From NCBI GenBank assembly GCA_054661495.1, contig BAAFSQ010000460.1, forward strand, positions 1 to 5,979: a DNA stretch of 5,979 nt, written 5' to 3'. Below the pieces are notes generated by a model. The model made no database searches. It was not told the origin of the DNA and saw nothing but the letters and a program-made list of their open reading frames with translations. Below are positions 1-5,979 of the stretch, piece by piece (within the stretch, counting starts at the first letter, position 1; every line of letters begins with the position of its first letter). The stretch comes from Zygophlyctis sp. KS116 (lineage: Eukaryota; Fungi; Chytridiomycota). The translations under genes and the position numbers were made by a program.

Positions 1-309
1 TATGCCTGTCAACTCGATGCCAGAAGTAAATAATCAGGCTCCACCAAATGCAGGAGGATCTGATACCTCAACTGTACCACCAGCATCTCAACAAAATCAG
101 AATGAACGTTCAGAGGTAGCTCCTATGCCTGTCAACTCGATGCCAGAAGTAAATAATCAGGCTCCACCAAATGCAGGAGGATCTGATACCTCAACTGTAC
201 CACCAGCATCTCAACAAAATCAGAATGAACGTTCAGAGGTAGCTCCTATGCCTGTCAACTCGATGCCAGAAGTAAATAATCAGGCTCCACCAAATGCAGG
301 AGGATCTGA
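1..309 (+). repeat. Coding tandem repeat, 123-bp (41-aa) unit, about 2.5 identical copies visible
   Basis: Units start at ATG 2, 125 and 248 (MPVNSMPEVNNQAPPNAGGSDTSTVPPASQQNQNERSEVAP). Identity breaks at 310, and a degenerate sub-copy (PPNAGSD...QQNQNE) follows. Confidence 0.97.
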
Positions 310-940
310 GGGGTCAGTTTTACCACCAAATGCAGGATCTGATCCACTAGCGCTTCAACAAAACCAGAATGAAGGATCGAATGATTCAGATCCATCATTA
401 TTAAATCCAAGCAGAGATTCTCAAGTTCCATCAAATAGTGCTGCTGAAAATACAAGTGGATCCCTTACATCTCAAGAAAATCAGAATGAAGATCAAATTT
501 TTGATGCGACCGATCTGCTAAATTTGGATGGAAAGTCAGAATTCGAATCCCCGACTTCAATCACTGGCGATGTCCAGATTCAAGACACGACAACGCAGCA
601 GGTGGTGCCATCCTCACCTCCGAAAGATACAACACAGACAACCCCGACTGATTATCAAAATGAATCCAATTCGGAATCAGGAAACTCTTCTATTTCTGCA
701 ATTGCGGGTGGCGTTGCAGCTGCACTTGTACTTTTAATTTTTGCAGTTGGAATGATCATGTATCGACAAGATAAGTATCAAAAGAGACGGTCATCTTTAA
801 CTTCTGAAGTAGAATCTGTCACTACCTGCAGTACTTTGGACGACCGATCTATTAAATCTAGCGGCAGTAGTATTCCAGTGATCTCAACCAGCAATCCATT
901 TCACAGCAGGAATTCTCCACGGAATGCCATAAACTTTTAA
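2..940 (+). CDS. 5'-partial S/T/P/N/Q-rich mucin-like type I membrane protein with tandem repeats (Mid2/Wsc/Skg6-like architecture)
   Basis: The frame is open from the window start and begins inside a repeat, so the true start is upstream. A low-complexity ectodomain is followed by one hydrophobic segment, IAGGVAAALVLLIFAVGMIMY (~701-763), then basic residues RQDKYQKRR and a Ser-rich tail ending at TAA 938-940. Confidence 0.8.
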   Translation: MPVNSMPEVNNQAPPNAGGSDTSTVPPASQQNQNERSEVAPMPVNSMPEVNNQAPPNAGGSDTSTVPPASQQNQNERSEVAPMPVNSMPEVNNQAPPNAGGSEGSVLPPNAGSDPLALQQNQNEGSNDSDPSLLNPSRDSQVPSNSAAENTSGSLTSQENQNEDQIFDATDLLNLDGKSEFESPTSITGDVQIQDTTTQQVVPSSPPKDTTQTTPTDYQNESNSESGNSSISAIAGGVAAALVLLIFAVGMIMYRQDKYQKRRSSLTSEVESVTTCSTLDDRSIKSSGSSIPVISTSNPFHSRNSPRNAINF

Positions 941-1053
941 ATATAAATATATTGTAAATTGATTATAAATTCATAATTTATTGTTCTTAAAATAGGAACG
1001 CTCCGTACTTGGCGTCCAAAATTAAGGCGCTGTTCCAAATTTAGAATAACGAC

Positions 1054-2067
1054 ATGAATCTAACTTGTCTTTCACTTTATCTTTTGATTAATCTTGTGCT
1101 AGGACTGCCTTTCGATGCAGTTGAACCTCCGCAGAGAGGCCGGGGCATGGCTAGAGCCTGGGGCCGAGCTGCCCGAAAAGGTAGAGCATGGATTGACACT
1201 GATCAAACGCTTGCTGATGCCCCATCTTCAATTGATTTTCCAACTGAAATTGACACTTCACTTCCAGAGGATACTATCCATGTGCAATATAGCCATGAGA
1301 TTCTACCCGAGCCAATAGACGATCAAATCAATCAAAGCCCTGAAATCGGTCCATTGAAAACAGATCAAGACCATGCTAAATCTCAAACCGACAAATATGA
1401 TAAAACTGCGCAGTATGATAGTTTAAAATCAACCCCCGCAACTCCAGTTCAGGAAATTTCAAATCCAGTCATTATTCCTGAGACAAAAGATGATAATGAT
1501 GCTACAGTTCAACATAGTTCTGCAAAAGAGTTTATGAAAGACTTTGATCAACATGATTTACAGCAAGATAAGGGAAATAAGACAAATGTTTCCAGCGCTG
1601 ATTCCCAGAAAGAATCTCAAGAATCTTCTCCATCTCAACCTGAAAATATTAATAAGAGTGTAAAAGAGAACAGTAATTCAACTCCTGCCCAGCCTCAGAC
1701 TCCTGGTAAAAACGACAAGTCTAAAGACTCTCCAAATTCATCTCTTCCTAGTTCTAACGTAGAATCAACAAATTCTACTCAAAGTGACACTATTTGGGTT
1801 ATAGTTGGAAGTCTTTTTGGAGTTTTAGCCTTTATAATCGGAGCTGCTACATATAATCATTTCCGTAAAGAAAGACAGGGAAATCAGAGACCAGAATCTT
1901 CTTCATCTTATAATTCTGATGATGCTGATAGCCTCGTATTTCCACCAGTGCCCGTAGATAAATCGCAAATCTATTATAATCGTCCTCTCACACATTTACC
2001 TGAAATAACAATCTCTGGTCCTGATTCAGAATCACACGATTACGATGTGGTCATTTCCAACAACTGA
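1054..2067 (+). CDS. Secretory-pathway single-pass membrane protein with disordered S/T/D/E/Q-rich ectodomain
   Basis: Signal-peptide-like N-terminus MNLTCLSLYLLINLVLG|LP, a long low-complexity region, TM IWVIVGSLFGVLAFIIGAATY (~1792-1854) followed by HFRKER, and a short cytoplasmic tail. 337 aa, no introns needed. Confidence 0.85.
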   Translation: MNLTCLSLYLLINLVLGLPFDAVEPPQRGRGMARAWGRAARKGRAWIDTDQTLADAPSSIDFPTEIDTSLPEDTIHVQYSHEILPEPIDDQINQSPEIGPLKTDQDHAKSQTDKYDKTAQYDSLKSTPATPVQEISNPVIIPETKDDNDATVQHSSAKEFMKDFDQHDLQQDKGNKTNVSSADSQKESQESSPSQPENINKSVKENSNSTPAQPQTPGKNDKSKDSPNSSLPSSNVESTNSTQSDTIWVIVGSLFGVLAFIIGAATYNHFRKERQGNQRPESSSSYNSDDADSLVFPPVPVDKSQIYYNRPLTHLPEITISGPDSESHDYDVVISNN

Positions 2068-2177
2068 TAATATTAAAAGCATTTTATTGCACTTATAGAA
2101 TTAAAAAGAGTTTAAAAAGTTTTTATTACTTTGAATTAAAGGATATAATCCCCTTTAATCCGATTTAAAATTTGGGA

Positions 2178-3518
2178 ATGCCCAGTCATCGCTTCAACAT
2201 TCCTCTATTGCCCAGAGACGGTGAGAATATTATAAACGTTGCAAAACTATTACAAAAGCCTGAATTTATAATTGATCAAGAAGATGATGACGATGAGGAA
2301 ATAGAAATAATTCCTGCTCTTGGAAGTTCAATTTCTGCAAAGAGAAAAAAGAAATTTGATCCTGAAGAAGAGTATGATTTACATGATGATTTTATTGATG
2401 ATTCTGATCTCATGTATCAGCAAATAATGGTTAATGAGGGTGAACAGGAAAAAGTATTGGAATGGAAATATGGATATTTTGCTTGGAGAGGAGATGTACA
2501 ATCATTTATTGACGAAATTCAAGAGAAAAAATCTAAAAAGATTAGACAAAGAACTTCAATGACTTCTACAATTGGGATGGGGACTCAAGCGATGGCTAGT
2601 CAGAGTCCAGTCAAGAAGAAATCGCCAGTCAAGAAAATTAAAAAGGAACTAGGAAAACCAATTTCAGGAATTTCAGGAGTCACGGAAAAAGTTGAAATTA
2701 AATCTGATGGTCTTGTTCCTCTACATCCATGGGTACAAGAGAAAATGGATTTGTTGGATCAGGAAGCTAAAAAGATTTCATGGGAAGATAAACCAAAACA
2801 ATTTCCTCAAAATTTAAAAGAAATTGCATACCAAGCAGGTATTTATTCTAATATTTTTATATATTAGCAAAAATCTCTCTAGAAACTAAAACTTACAACT
2901 CTGAACATTTTGTTAAATATCTAACAAGTATTGTACCTTATAATACATTTACAATGAAAAAATTTATAGGAAAAATGGTTATTCCTGAACAGCTGGAATT
3001 ATTGACTAAAGAGGTTTCTAAAAAATTCTAAAAAATAGGTTGATTTTACATATTCAATACTACGAGAACATTTAGAAAAAAATATTCCAGCTCCTTTTAA
3101 TAGGGAACCAGAGTATAAATTTAAATGGGATGAAGATTCAAGAGCTTTAATTTGGAATATATTATGTTTAGAGTGGGAAGTAGCAAAATTAGACAATGAA
3201 TTAAATTCTTATCAGAAATTAGCACCAAATTTCAAAGAAACCAGTGTTAGAAAGTCTGTTTATGAAAAATTAAGTACATTTTGGCCTTCAGGATTAATGG
3301 ACTCTTCAACAATTTCAAAAGAATACTCAATGATTAGAAGTCGAGTTATCAAATTAGAAAAAAGGGGAGATTTGATAGTAGATAAAACAGTCTCTGGAAT
3401 TATTTTTAGACGTGATCCATTTTCAAAGTTTACAAAGAGTAAATCTATTGAAAGTGAAACGTCTATACAGATTCCTCAAAAGAGTCTAGTCAAGTCTGAA
3501 CCAATTTGTATAGACTAA
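2178..3518 (+). CDS. HPC2: HPC2/ubinuclein-family HIRA complex subunit; join(2178..2838,2868..3013,3039..3518), 428 aa
   Basis: HUN/HRD motif YDLHDDFIDDSD...YGYFAWRG (~2373-2492). Removing two GT-AG introns gives a continuous 1287-nt frame with ubinuclein middle-domain motifs VPYNTFTMKK, KFKWDEDSRALI and RKSVYEKLSTFWPSGLMDSSTISKEYS. The first ATG is 2178; the track start at 2172 is TTG. Confidence 0.88.
2839..2867 (+). other. 29-nt spliceosomal intron 1 of HPC2/UBN (phase 1)
   Basis: CAG|gtatttattctaatatttttatatattag|CA, with a branch-point-like CTAAT. Removing it joins the HUN exon to the PYNTFTMKK exon in frame. Confidence 0.85.
3014..3038 (+). other. 25-nt spliceosomal intron 2 of HPC2/UBN (phase 0)
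   Basis: GAG|gtttctaaaaaattctaaaaaatag|GTT. It contains an in-frame TAA, and removing it restores the frame through KFKW and FWPSGLM to stop 3518. Confidence 0.82.
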
Positions 3519-3581
3519 TTTCGTGTTTTAAATGAGATTTTTGTATGTAGAATGTGGTGAAACATTTCTAGTATCTGCTTC
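3295..3581 (+). repeat. Left copy of a 287-bp perfect direct repeat (HPC2 3' end, 13-bp spacer, first 50 nt of WHI2)
   Basis: Compared base by base, it is identical to 4690-4976 (offset 1395). The flanks mismatch at 3294/4689 and 3582/4977. Confidence 0.97.
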
Positions 3582-3612
3582 AGGCAATGCGCTATCAAAA
3601 ATCCATATTTAA
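3532..3612 (+). pseudogene. Truncated duplicate of the WHI2 5' end fused to insert sequence (26 aa)
   Basis: MRFLYVECGETFLVSAS is identical to the 4927 ORF, then GNALSKIHI* is read from the insert, with the stop at 3610-3612. Confidence 0.8.
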
Positions 3613-4008
3613 ATCCATTATCCAGTGTTCTTTTTGTGAATGCTTTATAATTTTTGCTTCCACCTTGGCGAGTTGCCTTTAGATAGACATCTAGTGTCTG
3701 CCTTAAAGATTAGATCCAGGCTCCAGGTCAGACACTGGACAGGAATTCATGATAGTTTTCCAAGTTAATACACTCATCTGTGTCACAGTTCCATTAATGC
3801 TTAACAAATGCCTGCCCTTACTCATCATTCTCCATCGATCTCCTCTTGCTGCACATTCTAGAGTAAGGTGTTCAATCTACAGAGTGCACGGGTTATACAA
3901 GTAAAATCTATCAAAATTATAACGCTCCCGTATCACCGCCCTTGGAGAAAGTTTTATCGGAAGTTTCATCGGCTAAATATTATTATCTAGTGAAAAGAAT
4001 AATATAAA

Positions 4009-4293
4009 ATGCAGAGAGCCATGAAAGTATATGTATGTTTAAGTGGAGTGATGGGCCTCTATGGATTAAGTAGAGGTTACAGAGCACACTATGAAAATGA
4101 AAAAGAAAGATTAACTGGGGATAAACTTACCTATGCTGCATTTACGGGTTTCCTTTATGCTTCACCTATTTGGAATATATCTCATATGATTAAATTATTT
4201 AATCGTTTAGAAATCGAATATAAAGGATTAAATAGAGATGATTATCAGAATAATTATGAAGAATTAAATGGTTATTGTTACGACACAATTTAG
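4009..4293 (+). CDS. 94-aa hypothetical protein with two moderately hydrophobic segments, resembling small giant-virus (Nucleocytoviricota) ORFs
   Basis: Complete intronless ORF with an A-rich start context (aataatataaaATG) and protein-like composition. The pattern GLYGLSRGYR...LFNRLEIEYKGL..DDY...YEE recalls NCLDV hypothetical proteins. The viral assignment is pattern recognition only. Confidence 0.65.
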   Translation: MQRAMKVYVCLSGVMGLYGLSRGYRAHYENEKERLTGDKLTYAAFTGFLYASPIWNISHMIKLFNRLEIEYKGLNRDDYQNNYEELNGYCYDTI

Positions 4294-4309
4294 AAACAAT
4301 TTCAAATTT

Positions 4310-4338
4310 AATAAAATTCATTTTATTTTAAAATAAAA
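4310..4338 (+). terminator. Overlapping AT-rich inverted repeats just 3' of the 94-aa ORF, a possible 3'-end signal
   Basis: AATAAAAT-tc-ATTTTATT (4310-4327) and the perfect 18-bp palindrome TTTTATTTTAAAATAAAA (4321-4338); also contains AATAAA. Confidence 0.35.
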
Positions 4339-4392
4339 ATTATGTACAATCAATTCATTGAAGAGATTATTGATATGATGTTTAAGTAGTGA

Positions 4393-4692
4393 CGTTCTTC
4401 AGGTCAATACTCTCCTCATGGGTCGAGTAGTTTTATTAGTTGCTGCACTGTCACTTCTACTTCCCCTCAATGCTGTTGGGCTGTTGCACCATGGACCATA
4501 ATAGGCATAGCTATTCCGACTGGGATCTTATCTTCAGATTACAGTTGTTGTACTCAGCCTTTGTCTGGCATAACTAATATTACTGAGATTTATTGGCCTA
4601 GTAAAGTGCTTTCAGGCTCAATTCCCGTAGAGATGGGCACATCTGTAATTATTTTTTTACAATTTAAATTTAAAGATGGATTTAGAACATAA
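4393..4692 (+). pseudogene. Start-less fragment of a Cys-rich plus plant-type LRR gene (LRR N-cap and start of first repeat)
   Basis: A stop-free frame absent from the ORF track: RSSGQYSPHGSSSFISCC...QCCWAVAPWTIIG...YSCCTQPLSGITNITEIYWPSKVLSGSIPVEMG. LSGSIPxExG is the plant-specific/RLK-type LRR signature. A putative 31-nt intron (4645-4675, gtaatt...tttaaag) is followed by MDLEHN, matching LxLxxN. Confidence 0.65.
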
Positions 4693-4976
4693 TGGACTCT
4701 TCAACAATTTCAAAAGAATACTCAATGATTAGAAGTCGAGTTATCAAATTAGAAAAAAGGGGAGATTTGATAGTAGATAAAACAGTCTCTGGAATTATTT
4801 TTAGACGTGATCCATTTTCAAAGTTTACAAAGAGTAAATCTATTGAAAGTGAAACGTCTATACAGATTCCTCAAAAGAGTCTAGTCAAGTCTGAACCAAT
4901 TTGTATAGACTAATTTCGTGTTTTAAATGAGATTTTTGTATGTAGAATGTGGTGAAACATTTCTAGTATCTGCTTC
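4690..4976 (+). repeat. Right copy of the 287-bp perfect direct repeat
   Basis: Identical to 3295-3581; it continues into the full WHI2 reading frame. Confidence 0.97.
4692..4913 (+). pseudogene. Duplicated C-terminal 73 codons of HPC2/UBN, not an independent gene
   Basis: Identical to 3297-3518, the end of HPC2 exon 3. It begins at an internal Met of the WPSGLM motif. Confidence 0.8.
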
Positions 4977-5784
4977 TCTGTTATCTATTTTCCCTTGTAA
5001 TTGGGGCAGAGAAGCCATTTCAGGACCAGTGTCTTTTATACAAGATGATTCTGTAGAATTATTTAAAAAGATTATCTGTAACAAGCAGAGTCCAGTCAAG
5101 ATTAATTATAATCCTAAATTATTTCTACATCTACTGACTACATTATCTAAAATTCTAAAAAATAACAATCAAATCTATTCTTGCTTGTCAAAACAGGACT
5201 CTGGCTATGATTCTTTATCTACAATTTCACTATTAAATACAACTTGTCCCTCAAATTCAATTTTATTTCTCTCAGAAACTCTTGAATACTACTCAATGTC
5301 TAGTAAAAAGAAATATAAATTGGAAATTGGAAAATATTTAGTTGAAGAAACTAGTCTAAAATCATCATTTTACCATTGTTCAAATGAAAAAGGCCAGGAA
5401 TTACTTGAATTATTAACTGTAAAAACTAATCTAAATTCTAATCATGACTGGGGAATTCGTATTTTAGAAGAAAATACTTGCAGGATTAGATCAATGTATA
5501 TATGTAGTGTAAATGATCCTATAAACAAGTCTATACCTAGAAAATCTAATTATCAAATCAAGAATCAAAATTCTGTTATTACGCAAATTAATGAATCAAT
5601 TCAAGATTTACAATCCCATGGAGATTTTAAGGATTTTATAGATTCTAGAAAATCAATAATGAAAACAGTCTGGGAAAAATATGAATTTGAAGACACAAAT
5701 CACGGCCTTCAACTGTGTAATGGAGCAAATTTAAAAGTATGGTGTAGAAAAACTTGGAGTATAGATTTTCCAAACATATTTTAA
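4927..5784 (+). CDS. WHI2: Divergent Whi2-like protein (KCTD-type BTB/POZ fold; Psr phosphatase partner family)
   Basis: Ordered motif matches to fungal Whi2 as I recall it: FLVSASLLSIFP, VKINYNPKLF (VxFDPxxF/L), ILFLSETLEYY (IIVLREDLDFY), KLEIGKYL, QELLELL (EQHLIEML), DWGIRILEENTCRIRSM (DxWGxRxxEPNKxxIxSL) and LKVWCRKTWSID (KVWIRRVWTLE). Confidence 0.8.
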   Translation: MRFLYVECGETFLVSASLLSIFPCNWGREAISGPVSFIQDDSVELFKKIICNKQSPVKINYNPKLFLHLLTTLSKILKNNNQIYSCLSKQDSGYDSLSTISLLNTTCPSNSILFLSETLEYYSMSSKKKYKLEIGKYLVEETSLKSSFYHCSNEKGQELLELLTVKTNLNSNHDWGIRILEENTCRIRSMYICSVNDPINKSIPRKSNYQIKNQNSVITQINESIQDLQSHGDFKDFIDSRKSIMKTVWEKYEFEDTNHGLQLCNGANLKVWCRKTWSIDFPNIF

Positions 5785-5810
5785 CCTGTTAAACTGTTAA
5801 CCTGTAAACT
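5781..5810 (+). repeat. Short imperfect 8-bp tandem repeat at the WHI2 stop
   Basis: ttaacctg ttaaactg ttaacctg taaact. Confidence 0.6.
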
Positions 5811-5979
5811 CTAAAATTTGAATCTCAAACTAAATGTCTAGATCTAGGAACTCTTTAAAAAAAATTGTACAATTTTCATCATTATTGTATGGATATTTTC
5901 TTTAAAATATTCTTCTACAGGTGAAAAAATATAAAGTTTTTTGAAGCTGGAGATTTATAAGCATTAATTTATCCAATTT

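Larger units (their letters stand above)
3582..4689. other. 1108-bp mosaic insertion between the direct repeats
   Basis: Deleting this segment plus one repeat copy gives a seamless HPC2-stop/13 bp/WHI2-start locus. No transposase, integrase or RT is encoded. Confidence 0.8.

Noticed and set aside
1-309. CRISPR-like array
   Set aside because: Contiguous in-frame coding repeats with no unique spacers, in a eukaryotic context.
255-455. 66-aa minus-strand ORF
   Set aside because: Antisense shadow of the repeat-containing membrane protein gene; no independent features.
528-737. 69-aa plus-strand ORF
   Set aside because: Alternative frame nested in the 2-940 CDS.
1115-1318. 67-aa plus-strand ORF
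   Set aside because: Alternative frame nested in the 1054-2067 CDS.
2172-2867. ORF track call as a complete 231-aa gene
   Set aside because: It starts at TTG and runs into intron 1; it is exon 1 of the spliced HPC2/UBN gene.
2999-3196. 65-aa minus-strand ORF
   Set aside because: Antisense to HPC2 exons 2-3, whose plus frame carries the conserved motifs.
3297-3518. 73-aa ORF as a stand-alone duplicated small gene
   Set aside because: It is in frame with, and part of, HPC2 exon 3.
3582-4689. Helitron interpretation of the fragment-capturing insert
   Set aside because: No 5' TC or 3' CTRR terminus with a GC-rich hairpin at the insert ends, and Helitrons do not create target duplications.
3295-4976. 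LTR retrotransposon/TRIM interpretation of the direct repeats
   Set aside because: The repeats are host coding sequence and lack TG...CA ends. No PBS, PPT, external TSD or gag/pol is visible.
5834-5979. Possible next gene (ATG 5834 with a GTATGG...TACAG 34-nt intron, or a minus-strand gene end)
   Set aside because: The spliced plus frame hits TGA immediately and the minus frames are interrupted; too little sequence to support a call.

Overview
Eukaryotic, very gene-dense, AT-rich DNA, most likely from an early-diverging fungus: it carries a Whi2-family gene and 25-31 nt GT-AG introns. All supported genes are on the + strand. In order: (1) a 5'-partial mucin-like single-pass membrane protein with perfect 123-bp tandem repeats; (2) a second signal-peptide/low-complexity/single-TM surface protein; (3) a three-exon HPC2/ubinuclein-family gene (HIRA histone chaperone subunit) that the ORF track splits up (2178-2838, 2868-3013, 3039-3518; 428 aa); (4) a divergent Whi2-like BTB protein (4927-5784). 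The notable feature is a 1108-bp patchwork insert (3582-4689) between two identical 287-bp direct repeats (3295-3581 and 4690-4976). The repeats duplicate the HPC2 3' end and the WHI2 start, so both host genes stay intact. The insert joins an unidentified segment, an intact intronless 94-aa ORF that looks giant-virus-like and is followed by AT palindromes, and a decayed Cys-rich/LRR gene fragment. This fits integration of a mosaic DNA circle or a templated repair insertion, but an assembly or amplification chimera cannot be excluded from sequence alone. Family assignments come from remembered motifs; no search was run.
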